This document shows positions 1 to 8,675 of a DNA stretch of 16,899 bases, one piece after another. Every line of letters begins with the position of its first letter. Position 1 is the first letter of the stretch. Under the pieces are notes generated by a model. That model saw only the letters and a program-made list of their open reading frames with translations, was not told where the DNA came from and ran no database searches. The stretch lies in NCBI GenBank assembly GCA_040220235.1, contig JAVJTO010000090.1. One strand, written 5' to 3'. A program made the translations under genes and the position numbers. The stretch is from Coleofasciculus sp. B1-GNL1-01 (GTDB taxonomy: Bacteria > Cyanobacteriota > Cyanobacteriia > Cyanobacteriales > Coleofasciculaceae).

Positions 1-140
1 GACCAATGACCAATGACCAATGACCAATGACCAATGACCAATGACCAATGACCAATGACCAATGACCAATGACCAATGACCAATGACCAATGACCAATGA
101 CCAATGACCAATGACCAATGACCAATGACCAATGACTAAT
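1..140 (+). repeat. Heptamer tandem repeat (GACCAAT)x19 plus GACTAAT; cyanobacterial STRR type; truncated by window start
   Basis: Perfect 7-bp period from 1 to 133, then one variant unit at 134-140; overlaps the potD start codon at 132. Confidence 0.97.
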
Positions 141-1247
141 CAGCCAAGATCCCGAAAACGACCAAACCGCCGTCAGTTTTTACAAGCGGCGGCTTTAACC
201 CTACCTTGGCTAACGCTGTCAGGGTGTGGCTGGAGACTGGCGAATGTGCGTCCGGCGGCGGGGAGTCAAGATGATGCTAATCTGTTATACATTTACACGT
301 GGGCTGGCTATACTGACCAAGATTTGTTAGACCGCTTTGAGGAAGAAACCGGGATCAGGGCGATCGCGGATGTCTATGATTCTAATGAAGCGATGCTGGC
401 TCGACTGCAAGCGGGTGGCGGGGGCGCTTATAGCATCATTTACCCTTCGGAGTACATGGTGCAAAAGATGATCACGATGGGGATGTTGCTAGAACTCGAC
501 CAACCCCGCATCGAGGGGATGTATCGGTTGTTTCCCCGTTTTCAGCAAGCCGACTATGATCCGGGGAATCGCCACTCCGTTCCTGTCAGTTGGGGAACCA
601 CTGGCTTGATTTACAATACCCAGCAAGTCCAACCCCCTCCAGCAGATTGGGACTATCTGTGGGTTTATCAACAGCAATTGGCAAAACGGATGACGTTGGT
701 CAATGATGTACGAGAAGTCATGGGTGCTGGGTTGAAAAAGTTGGGGTATTCTTACAATTCCACCAACGTGGAACACATTCAAGCCGCCTATCAAGCTTTA
801 ATGGACTTAAAACCTGCGATCGCATCGTTTACGTCTGATGCTTGGCGTCCCCAGATTCTCAGTGGAGATTTAAAGATTGCCATGTGTTATTCGTCCGATG
901 CCACGGAAATCATGCCAGAAAATGAAGATTTACGCTATGCGCTTCCAGAAAGTGGTTCCTCTCTCTGGATTGATACCCTAGCCATTCCCAAAACCGCTCC
1001 CAATGTCGAGGGCGCTTATGCTTGGATTAATTTTATGTTGCAGCCGGATGTCGCCGCACGCATCGTGGAACGCCTCAGTTTTGCGACGCCCAATAAAGCT
1101 GCTTATAATCTTTTACCGCCTGACCTGAAAAATGATACCAGTCTATTTCCTCCAGAAGAAGCCCTGGAACGGTGCGAAAATTTGGAACCGTTAGGAGAAG
1201 TTGAAGCCGTCTATGACCGCTATTGGACGAAATTGACCAGCTCTTAA
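132..1247 (+). CDS. potD: Spermidine/putrescine ABC transporter substrate-binding lipoprotein
   Basis: 371-aa ORF with twin-arginine signal (RRQFL) and lipobox LSGC; PotD/PotF motifs LYIYTWAGY, YDSNEAMLARL, PVSWGTTGLIYN, WIDTLAIPKTAPN, AYAWINF; followed by a permease gene. Confidence 0.92.
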   Translation: MTNQPRSRKRPNRRQFLQAAALTLPWLTLSGCGWRLANVRPAAGSQDDANLLYIYTWAGYTDQDLLDRFEEETGIRAIADVYDSNEAMLARLQAGGGGAYSIIYPSEYMVQKMITMGMLLELDQPRIEGMYRLFPRFQQADYDPGNRHSVPVSWGTTGLIYNTQQVQPPPADWDYLWVYQQQLAKRMTLVNDVREVMGAGLKKLGYSYNSTNVEHIQAAYQALMDLKPAIASFTSDAWRPQILSGDLKIAMCYSSDATEIMPENEDLRYALPESGSSLWIDTLAIPKTAPNVEGAYAWINFMLQPDVAARIVERLSFATPNKAAYNLLPPDLKNDTSLFPPEEALERCENLEPLGEVEAVYDRYWTKLTSS

Positions 1248-1287
1248 ATGCTGGCTATGTCAATAATTCATAATTAATACTTATACC

Positions 1288-2229
1288 GTGTCTACCGACA
1301 AAAAAGTTTCCCCCACCTCCTTACCCAATCCCGCAGCCACAGATCCTCAGGCTGAATCCTCGTTTATCGAAGAACCCAGCCGTTCTCGACGCCAGTGGTT
1401 AGAACCCTTGGCGTTATTAGGACCGGCTGGACTGTGGCTGTTTTTATTGTTGGTTTTACCAACTCTGATCATCTTCGAGTTGAGCTTGGTTCCTGATATT
1501 AAACCGGGGGATATTGTTAACCCGTCGGGACTGGATAACTATCTGCGCGTCTTTGAACCAATCAATCTGCAGGTGATGGGGCGATCGGTGTTTTTTGCGG
1601 TAGGTACGATGACGATTTGTCTGGTGTTGGGGTTTCCGGTAGCCTACTGGATTGCTCAAATGGCACCCAAGCGCTGGCAGAATTTACTCCTGTTAGGGTT
1701 TATCCTACCCAATTTTACCTCTTCCCTGTTGCGCTCTTATGCTTGGATTACGATTCTGCGACCCACCGGGGTACTCAATAGCATCTTAACCTCGATTGGT
1801 TTACCCGCGTTGGAACTCTTAAATACCAGTTCGGCGGTATTAATCGGTATGGCGTATAGTTATTTACCGTACATGGTGTTAATTCTCTATGCGTCCTTAG
1901 AGAAATTAGATCGGCGTTTGTTGGAAGCGGCGGCGGATTTGGGTGCTAATCCGGTGCAAACGTTCTGGAAGGTAACTATACCCCAAACCTTTTCCGGTAT
2001 TGCGGCGGGTTCGATTCTGGTGTTTATTACCGCTTTGGGGGATTTCGTTGATCCGGAGTTGTTAGGCGGGGCTTCCAGCATGACGGTATCTCGTCTCATT
2101 TACAACCAGTTTCTGGGCGCAACCCAGAACTGGGGATTTGGTTCAGCGCTGAGTATGGTGTTAATTTTTGCCGTGAGTATTGCGATCGCGCTTTTAATTA
2201 AGTACGGGGATATGGAACCGCAGCGCTAG
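1288..2229 (+). CDS. potB: Spermidine/putrescine ABC transporter permease (PotB-like)
   Basis: 313-aa hydrophobic ORF (GTG start); EAA loop LLEAAADLGA; TSSLLRSYAW, YLPYMVL and NWGFGSALS motifs typical of PotB. Confidence 0.9.
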   Translation: MSTDKKVSPTSLPNPAATDPQAESSFIEEPSRSRRQWLEPLALLGPAGLWLFLLLVLPTLIIFELSLVPDIKPGDIVNPSGLDNYLRVFEPINLQVMGRSVFFAVGTMTICLVLGFPVAYWIAQMAPKRWQNLLLLGFILPNFTSSLLRSYAWITILRPTGVLNSILTSIGLPALELLNTSSAVLIGMAYSYLPYMVLILYASLEKLDRRLLEAAADLGANPVQTFWKVTIPQTFSGIAAGSILVFITALGDFVDPELLGGASSMTVSRLIYNQFLGATQNWGFGSALSMVLIFAVSIAIALLIKYGDMEPQR

Positions 2230-2240
2230 TTCGTTCTTCG

Positions 2241-2275
2241 CTGGCTAATATTCAGCCAGTACGTTTTCGCTTTTC
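2241..2275 (+). terminator. Possible intrinsic terminator after potB
   Basis: CTGGCT-AATATTC-AGCCAG hairpin 11 nt after the stop, followed by a T-rich stretch (GTTTTCGCTTTT). Confidence 0.45.
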
Positions 2276-2327
2276 TCCCCCAGAAAATTGCTATTTGTAA
2301 CAACTCCTAAACTTTGGTAAATACTGT

Positions 2328-2356
2328 TTGGCAGCCAGGGAGAACCATGTTACTTT
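2328..2356 (+). promoter_or_regulatory. Candidate sigma70-type promoter for the intergenic structured RNA
   Basis: TTGGCA (2328-2333), 17-bp spacer, TG at 2348-2349, TACTTT (2351-2356); predicted start near G2363, which is the first base of a helix. Confidence 0.45.
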
Positions 2357-2362
2357 GAATAT

Positions 2363-2668
2363 GGAGATCGTCCTCCAGAGCCAATAACTGGAGAAAAACC
2401 AACGAAGAGTCAGAGGTGATGACGATCATCCCCAATCTTTGGCTCTGCCACAGAAGTAACCAACCTAGCGTAGCCTTAAGGGGTTAGATTCGGTGAAAAC
2501 CGAAACCCAACTCAAGTCCAGAAAGACACATTTATGCGGGTCAATAAGCGGTGAACCTGTGGGATTTGTAAAAATTAGTAAGCTCAGATTAAAACCTGAA
2601 AAATTAACGGCTTGAAAAGTCCTAATAGAACGATCACTTGGGTCTAATCTCTTTGGTTAGACCCATTT
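2363..2668 (+). ncRNA. Candidate structured non-coding RNA (~305 nt), family not recognised
   Basis: No long ORF; lies between convergent genes; several helices including a GAAA tetraloop hairpin (2489-2504), long-range pairs 2363-2372/2421-2431 and 2448-2453/2557-2562, and a terminal 11-bp hairpin plus TTT. Confidence 0.5.
2639..2668 (+). terminator. Terminator-like hairpin
   Basis: TGGGTCTAATC-TCTTT-GGTTAGACCCA (11 bp, one G-U pair) followed by TTT. Confidence 0.6.
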
Positions 2669-2722
2669 GATTATGCTTGACTGATCATGATTAGAGACAT
2701 TCCGGCAGAACGTCTGTCAATT

Positions 2723-2786
2723 GTAGGGGCGGGTTTAGCCGTTTAATTTGGTTGTCTACCGATAACCTCTCAACAAAACCCGCCCT
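2723..2786. repeat. GTAG-family REP-like inverted repeat
   Basis: GTAGGGGCGGGTTT ... AAACCCGCCCT arms around a ~39-bp spacer, just downstream of the ctp stop. Confidence 0.7.
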
Positions 2787-2810
2787 GTGTCATCAACAGG
2801 AGATATACGT

Positions 2811-4133
2811 TTACCGAACACTAATTGGTTCAGTCGGTTGATTCAAACCGCGTTCTGCCAGCATCGTATTTTCCAGAACCGTAAGCGCTTGCTTGTATTG
2901 GGGATCTTCGATTGTGGCACGTAACATCGGTTGTGTAACTAAACGCCGCTGTTGGGCGCGAGTTAAATCAATTTTCACATCAGGGCTAATTCCTTTGTGA
3001 TTAATATCAATCCCACTGGGAGGATAGTAGCGGGAAATCGTAACCGCTAAACCTGAACCATCAGATAAGGAATGGACAGACTGCACGACAGCTTTACCAA
3101 ACGTCGTCGAACCGACAACCCTTGCCCGTTTATTATCCTTCAGCGCACCCGCTAGAATTTCACTGGCACTAGCTGAATTGCCATCAACTAAAACAACCAG
3201 GGGAAGCTGAGTTAGTGCGGTGTGGTTGGCAGAAAACTTTTGTTCTCCCCCTTTGCGATCAATCGTGTGGACAATCTCACCCTCATCGAGCCACATCCGG
3301 GCAATTTCAATACTGGCGTACAATAATCCACCAGGATTACCACGCAAATCTAAAACATAACCATTCACATCTTGGCTATTCAGATTGCGAATTGCCTGTT
3401 GCATTTGTTCAGGTGCGTGGGAACTAAACTCATCAATGCTGATATAACCCACCCGCATTTGACCTTCCTGCTTGAGGGTATAGTGTACAGACGGTAGCTC
3501 AATCTGAGCGCGGGTTAGGGTGACATCAAAGTGATTTTGCCCTTGACGAGATATTTTCAGAGTGACGGATGAGCCAACTTCGCCGCGAATTAACGCCGAG
3601 GCTTCTTCCGCACTCATCCCTTGAGTGGATTTGCCATCAATGGCGATAATTTTGTCTCCAGATTTCAGTTCGGCTTTGAATGCTGGTGAATTTTCAATCG
3701 GCTCAATAATCACCAGCTTCTGGGTTTTCTCATCAACGCCCATGCGAATCCCTACCCCAGACAGTTCACCTGCTGTTTGATCCGTTAAGGCTTTGAATTG
3801 TTCAGGTTCTAAAAAGCGAGTGTAGGGATCACCGATAGGTTCTAGGGCGTCGCGAATGGCTTTGTAGGCTTGTTCAGAAGACGTATAATTGCGATTGAGT
3901 AGCTGTTGACGGGTTGCTTGCCAATCCACTTGATTGAACGAGGGATCAACGTATTCCTGATTAACCAGTTGCCAAACTTCATCAACAACCGTCTTGGGAC
4001 TATCCTCAAGCGCCGCAAAGACGGAGCGATTGCTGCCAATTGGGGCTAACCATGATAATGTGGCTGTTGTTGCGATCGCACCCGTTACGAGGATGCTTTT
4101 CAGCCAAGGGAAGGTTTTAGAATATTGATTCAT
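2811..4133 (-). CDS. ctpB: Carboxyl-terminal processing protease, S41A family (CtpB-like)
   Basis: Signal/TM segment, PDZ region (ELSGVGI, PIENSPA), DLRGNPGGLL, SASASEI (catalytic Ser), TFGK (catalytic Lys). ATG at 4133 (MNQYSK, 440 aa) is preferred to the non-ATG start at 4205. Assignment to ctpB rather than ctpA/ctpC is from recalled motifs and less sure than the family call. Confidence 0.88.
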   Translation of the reverse strand: MNQYSKTFPWLKSILVTGAIATTATLSWLAPIGSNRSVFAALEDSPKTVVDEVWQLVNQEYVDPSFNQVDWQATRQQLLNRNYTSSEQAYKAIRDALEPIGDPYTRFLEPEQFKALTDQTAGELSGVGIRMGVDEKTQKLVIIEPIENSPAFKAELKSGDKIIAIDGKSTQGMSAEEASALIRGEVGSSVTLKISRQGQNHFDVTLTRAQIELPSVHYTLKQEGQMRVGYISIDEFSSHAPEQMQQAIRNLNSQDVNGYVLDLRGNPGGLLYASIEIARMWLDEGEIVHTIDRKGGEQKFSANHTALTQLPLVVLVDGNSASASEILAGALKDNKRARVVGSTTFGKAVVQSVHSLSDGSGLAVTISRYYPPSGIDINHKGISPDVKIDLTRAQQRRLVTQPMLRATIEDPQYKQALTVLENTMLAERGLNQPTEPISVR

Positions 4134-4385
4134 GGGAAATACGTCGAACAGACTATGGGTTGGTTTAAAGCGGACAGTCAAAGCGTACCCAGTCGTTAGC
4201 TGCAATCATTAGCATTCCCTGAGTAGGGATAGCATAGTTCTGGCGGCATCAAATCCGTCTATTGCTACTATACTCAACTTATCTGGCTAATTTCCAGAAA
4301 TTTTGTGCCAGTTGACCTATTGTCCTGGTGATGAAGACAATGGCTTCGCCTCGGACAGTCAGAGTGAATCAAGTGGTAAGCCTCA

Positions 4386-5093
4386 GTGAGACGATTGATA
4401 ACACGCCATTGGCTACGGGTTGCGCGTTGGCTACTGTCTAAGCAACGACTACGCTGGTTAGGCTTAGGGCTATTGAGCCTAGTCGTTATTCTTAGTATAG
4501 GGTTACTTGCAAATATCTTCAGATTGTCGGCAGGAGCCGCTGCACCTGTAGATACATTCTTTGTTTTGGGGGGAAGTATTCGCCGGGAGGTTTATGTGGC
4601 TCAGTTAGTGAAAAACTATCCCCAAACTCCGGTTTTGATTTCTCAAGGCTCTGATGAACCCTGTATTTTGCTCATATTCCAAAAGTATAACGCGCCCATG
4701 GGTCAAGTTTGGTTAGAAAAATGTGCGGATTCCACGTTTGGTAATTTCTACTTCGGGATTCCGATTTTACGGCAGTGGGGGGTACGTCATGTTCAGTTAA
4801 TTACCTCTCCCACCCATTTACCACGAGCAGGGTGGATGGCGCAAATTCTTTTGGGAGCCAATGGGATTTGGGTTGATGTGGATACAGTACAGGAGAAGGG
4901 AATTCCGGGGAATCAGGAATCCTGGTGGAAGACTGGACTAGATGTGACGCGCAGTCTGGTTTGGGCGCTGTTGAGTCAGGGAATTCAGCCGCACTGTTCT
5001 GAGGTTACGCCCCTAACTGAGGTTGATTTAGACGCTTGGCAAGAGTCAGGCTTTGATTGTGAGTATCAAGGGTGGTTGAAGCTGGATTATTGA
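4386..5093 (+). CDS. YdcF/DUF218-family membrane-anchored protein
   Basis: N-terminal TM helix, then FVLGG, E-x-x-A-D-S-T-F-G-N and LITSPTHLPRA motifs of the DUF218 family; 3' end overlaps the convergent gene by 7 bp. Confidence 0.8.
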   Translation: MRRLITRHWLRVARWLLSKQRLRWLGLGLLSLVVILSIGLLANIFRLSAGAAAPVDTFFVLGGSIRREVYVAQLVKNYPQTPVLISQGSDEPCILLIFQKYNAPMGQVWLEKCADSTFGNFYFGIPILRQWGVRHVQLITSPTHLPRAGWMAQILLGANGIWVDVDTVQEKGIPGNQESWWKTGLDVTRSLVWALLSQGIQPHCSEVTPLTEVDLDAWQESGFDCEYQGWLKLDY

Positions 5094-6088
5094 TTGGCGA
5101 AGCGCTGATGTCTAAAAAATAGCTGGCTATCACCGTAGTAAGATGCCACAAATTCTGAGGTGGTTTCCAGATGTCCGATAAGTTGGGCGTTTTGGCGATA
5201 ACTTGGCTGGTCTATGATATCAGCTTTCTGGTCGGCATTTTCGTCTCCTACGTTTTGGGGAACAACAGCATAGAGGGAAAATATAGAGGTTCCAGCAGGA
5301 ATCGTGGCTAGGTCATCTCTGAAATCATGAGGTGGATTTTCAGGAAACTGAATAGTGGGATTGGGAACGAGAAAAAGGCGATAGGGATAAAAGGGATCAG
5401 GTTCTAGATGACCCGTTTGGTCGATTTGGGCAAAGCCTTGCAAATAGAGTTTGCGGGGAAATTTGCTGACGCGGCGGAAGATTAAATTAATCAATTTAGG
5501 ACCTAAATCATTTTCTGCGGGAACGATATTAGACAACTCATTGGCAAAGAAATTATAGTTATTGCCTTGACCCGTAAGGGAAACCAAAGCTGAGACATTT
5601 TCCGAGGGTTGACCGTCCACCAAAAGCTTGAGGGCTAACCCTGGCGCAAATCCGCGATCGCTGGGATCACCGGTGAGGGATAATCGTAGCAAACCGTAGT
5701 CAGCACCTTTAAATAAACCAGTAAATGGAGTAGTCGGGGTGGGGATCAACTTAACCTTAGCAACACTGGCGTGGGCGTGAATGGCTTTGTTCCATTTGCG
5801 GGGTGCTTCATCGGATAAGCGATCCATTTTGATGCTTAAGAGAGTAAAAAATAAACCGATAACATCAATTTTTTTGAGTGGGGGTAGGGTATCATATCGG
5901 GATGCTAAAATTCTTTGCTGCCAAAGAAAGTCCTGCTTTTTTACAGCCGTCCAGGATTCATAGTCGCTTGGTAGCGGTTCTAGCTTGTGGGCATTATGCC
6001 AAAATTTTTGTAGATTTTTCATGGGGGGTGACTGGGTAAAAAAGTATGTCGATTTATTGTGATTTTTGCTTAACACTTCATCCTTCAT
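5087..6088 (-). CDS. Catalase-fold (catalase-like) putative heme protein; start may be 6022 (MKNLQ)
   Basis: KAIHAHA (distal-His-like), PFTGLF, GLLRLS and PGLALKLLVDG..SEN match the beta-barrel motifs of small catalase-related proteins; same strand as and downstream of the dioxygenase. Confidence 0.6.
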   Translation of the reverse strand: MKDEVLSKNHNKSTYFFTQSPPMKNLQKFWHNAHKLEPLPSDYESWTAVKKQDFLWQQRILASRYDTLPPLKKIDVIGLFFTLLSIKMDRLSDEAPRKWNKAIHAHASVAKVKLIPTPTTPFTGLFKGADYGLLRLSLTGDPSDRGFAPGLALKLLVDGQPSENVSALVSLTGQGNNYNFFANELSNIVPAENDLGPKLINLIFRRVSKFPRKLYLQGFAQIDQTGHLEPDPFYPYRLFLVPNPTIQFPENPPHDFRDDLATIPAGTSIFSLYAVVPQNVGDENADQKADIIDQPSYRQNAQLIGHLETTSEFVASYYGDSQLFFRHQRFANQ

Positions 6089-6107
6089 CTCTCAAATTTA
6101 TGGGTTA

Positions 6108-6228
6108 TATAGCATTTGTAAATGAGTTGTAAACCTAGGAGGTCTTTTCTGAGATTACTTAAAAACCCTGTATCTCTTTCCCCTATTGCCTATTGCCCAT
6201 TGCCCATTGCCCAGCGCGTAGCGCTATA
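6108..6228. mobile_element. Miniature TATAGC...GCTATA-bounded element with internal heptamer repeats
   Basis: Inverted termini at 6108-6113 and 6223-6228; internal (T/C)ATTGCC x4 at about 6184-6211; same layout as 12546-12648. Confidence 0.5.
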
Positions 6229-6255
6229 AATCCATTAGTTTTTTCTGGTATTCCT

Positions 6256-6318
6256 AGAAACCGGGTTTCTCGTGAGGATGACCAATATCAACCTTTCACC
6301 CAAAGAAACCCGGTTTCT
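6256..6318. repeat. Inverted pair of palindromic repeats AGAAACCGGGTTTCT / AGAAACCCGGTTTCT
   Basis: The 15-mers at 6256-6270 and 6304-6318 are exact reverse complements, and each is self-palindromic apart from its central base. Confidence 0.8.
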
Positions 6319-6448
6319 TGACCGATGTCCTAGCCAGAAGGGGGATCTAAAAAGGGAAGAGGAGGATCTGATAAGGGGTGTTGTAACCCCTCACACCTCC
6401 GCCGCAACGCTTCGCTAGTTACTATTACCTGTTGCCCAATCTCAACAA

Positions 6449-8239
6449 TTAATACCCCGAAACACCGACTTTACGCCAGGGGGCAAATGCATTTTGTACG
6501 CCAAATAAAGCGGGGCTGACGGTGGGGTAATGGCGGCGCAAGACAGTTAACATACTGTTGTTGTCAATCCACTCTAAACCCCATTGAGTGTAGACTTCGG
6601 CGGTGTAATCTTTGGTGAAGAAGCGATCGCTCTTAAGTCGTCGGGATGCCATTAGGATAAAGATACGGAAGGCTGTGTCACTAAAGCCAAATCCGGCGGG
6701 TGGGTTTTCGGCAAACATACCCACCATTAAATCAACGCTGTTGATGTCGTTGTTGTAAACCTCCCGGAGTTCCTTTGCCCATTGCGGGTTCTCGGTGATG
6801 TCCTCAAAGGTTTTGACTCGTTCACGACCAATGAGTTCACGGAATTGATTATAACGGGGAACGCCGCGTTCGCGATCGCGTAATATATCGACAGCCGCTA
6901 AATCAAAGACTTCGCCGTTATCCCGGACTAATTGCTGTAGGAAACGCGGATAGTTATGTAAGGTAATCGCCCCAGGATGAGTAATACCAAAGGAGTAGAA
7001 TAAATCGGGCATCCCTACTTTATCGACTAAATTACGACTGCGATTTCCTGATACTTCAAATAGATTTTCGGTAAATCGCAATTCCCCGTTTTTCAGAGAG
7101 TAAAATTCAAACTCATCTGGCATTAAGGGATGCATCCGATAGACCGAGACAAATTCTTCGGTGAGATAGTAGGGGGCAGTGTGGTGATCTGTCGCTGAGC
7201 CGACAATCCCACTCAGGAGTTCCCCCTCTCCAATGCGCCCAAATAAGCGTTTGACATGTGGTCCCAATAATCCCCACCAGTTGGCGTTCATAGCAATTTC
7301 TAAAGCTGGATGTCCTAGGATTGCAGGCGTCCATTCAACGGTGTGGATTTTGGCAAGTAAGGCGGCGTTAATCAGTCGGGCGTGGTTGAATAGATCATCG
7401 TCTGTCCAGTCGGGATATTCATTTTTGAGATGATCGCAAATCGTATTGTGTTCTTTGACGAATAGAGTATGTAACATACTCAATCCTACCCACCAGTTCT
7501 CATCAAAACCAACCAGGTCGATGTCATTATCTGGGTTAATGGGTAATAAGTCATCGTCACCAATAATTAGCTTCCCATCACGATGAGTCCGCAGCTTATT
7601 AATGGTTTCTTGATCACTGCCATAAATTTGTGACGCATCCCACCAGTGAGTGACTCGGTTCAGAAAGGTAGGCGGATTTTTGGTATCTTCGTCGGGGCGG
7701 GTTGAGTCGGGTAACGTTGCGCCTACTTCTAGTGGTCGATAGTCTTGGGGCCAGGGATCATCGGCTTCTAGAGGAATCTCAACTTTCTGGTCGAATGTAC
7801 CCCCATGGGCGAACCAGTCATGGGTTTGAAATTGAATCCAAGAGGCGGCATGTAGGTTTAAGGTACTAGCGGGTACAAATTCATCCCGCGTCAGTAATTT
7901 GCGGCTAATTGTACGCGGGTTGGGTTCGAGTAAATTCTTTTGGTCAGGGTGAGTGTATTGGAGGGGAACATTGCGTCCAAAACGAGAACCTGCCCGACCC
8001 ATTTCTGGCTGTTCCAGGTCATTAAAACTCCCGTCGGCTGTGCGAATCTTGAGATGGTCACCATCTGGACTAGGTGGTGGTTGTGTCCCCTCACCTTGGG
8101 TCGGTAATTTTGCGGTATCATGTAGATTTTCTTCCCGCAGTCGGTTCCGGAACTGGAATAACTTGACTAATGCCAGGGGAACGGGTAATCGATGCCAAGG
8201 TTTTTGCTTACCTCGACCTGATTGGGATGATTTAGTCAT
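6449..8239 (-). CDS. Heme peroxidase-cyclooxygenase superfamily protein, fatty-acid alpha-dioxygenase-like
   Basis: 596 aa; RTADGSFND, FGRN, AASWIQFQTHDW (distal His), THWWDASQIYG, KIHTVEWT, EEFVSVYRMH (catalytic Tyr and proximal His), RDRERGVPRYN, ASRRLKSDRFFT; these motifs follow plant alpha-DOX closely. Confidence 0.88.
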   Translation of the reverse strand: MTKSSQSGRGKQKPWHRLPVPLALVKLFQFRNRLREENLHDTAKLPTQGEGTQPPPSPDGDHLKIRTADGSFNDLEQPEMGRAGSRFGRNVPLQYTHPDQKNLLEPNPRTISRKLLTRDEFVPASTLNLHAASWIQFQTHDWFAHGGTFDQKVEIPLEADDPWPQDYRPLEVGATLPDSTRPDEDTKNPPTFLNRVTHWWDASQIYGSDQETINKLRTHRDGKLIIGDDDLLPINPDNDIDLVGFDENWWVGLSMLHTLFVKEHNTICDHLKNEYPDWTDDDLFNHARLINAALLAKIHTVEWTPAILGHPALEIAMNANWWGLLGPHVKRLFGRIGEGELLSGIVGSATDHHTAPYYLTEEFVSVYRMHPLMPDEFEFYSLKNGELRFTENLFEVSGNRSRNLVDKVGMPDLFYSFGITHPGAITLHNYPRFLQQLVRDNGEVFDLAAVDILRDRERGVPRYNQFRELIGRERVKTFEDITENPQWAKELREVYNNDINSVDLMVGMFAENPPAGFGFSDTAFRIFILMASRRLKSDRFFTKDYTAEVYTQWGLEWIDNNSMLTVLRRHYPTVSPALFGVQNAFAPWRKVGVSGY

Positions 8240-8543
8240 CGTGTTAATTCCTTTTATTTGGATACAATATTTAACAATTATGTCAAACCGCGATCGGGAC
8301 TAAAATCAATACTATTCATAGTAAATCTCTATTTTATTTCCGACAAGCCCTTTCCGCAAATTTCCTGAATTAATCTCAACTCTCCCCAATTTATACCAAT
8401 TTTTGTTCAATCCTAGAACGTGGGGGCAACCGGGGTAGTAATGGATTGCTAGTCTTAATGATTCGTAAAAACTAATAGACCTGAAAACCTTGCCAAGTAA
8501 GGACTCCTATTTTACTACTACTTCACAACTGATTGAGAGAGAC

Positions 8544-8675
8544 TAAGTAGGTTAGTGGAAATAAACGTAACTAAACTATATTAACTTATGTAAATAGATC
8601 CCAACCCCTTACATAAATATAAGACTCGCGCCAGCGAGTTCTCAGCCGTTAACCTTTATCTACCCACTTATCTTA
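8544..8675. mobile_element. Degenerate MITE-like element with TAAGTAGG-type termini in the divergent promoter region
   Basis: Left end TAAGTAGGTTAGTGGAAATAAA; right end TTTATCTACCCACTTATCTTA (imperfect inverted repeat); related left ends at 16639 and 16876. Confidence 0.5.

Noticed and set aside
2361..2387. Mini-ORF MEIVLQSQ
   Set aside because: Only 8 codons with no SD, and the ATG lies at or before the predicted transcription start.
2448..2562. 6S RNA or cobalamin riboswitch (GACACATT, CGGTGAAAACCG, AAGTCCAGAAAGAC look-alikes)
   Set aside because: No long 6S-type rod with a central bubble; no GGGAA / GCAACTGT core; no downstream same-strand gene to regulate.
2229..2811. Missing potC after potB as a sign of a broken operon
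   Set aside because: A potADB cluster with potC elsewhere is known in filamentous cyanobacteria, and no potC remnant is visible.
4134..4205. N-terminal extension of the Ctp protease
   Set aside because: Non-ATG start; the ATG at 4133 places the signal/TM segment at a normal N-terminal position.
6376..6415. Yfr1-like motif (CCCCTCACACC)
   Set aside because: Does not match ACTCCTCACAC exactly and lacks the 3' terminator hairpin; looks like a dispersed repeat.
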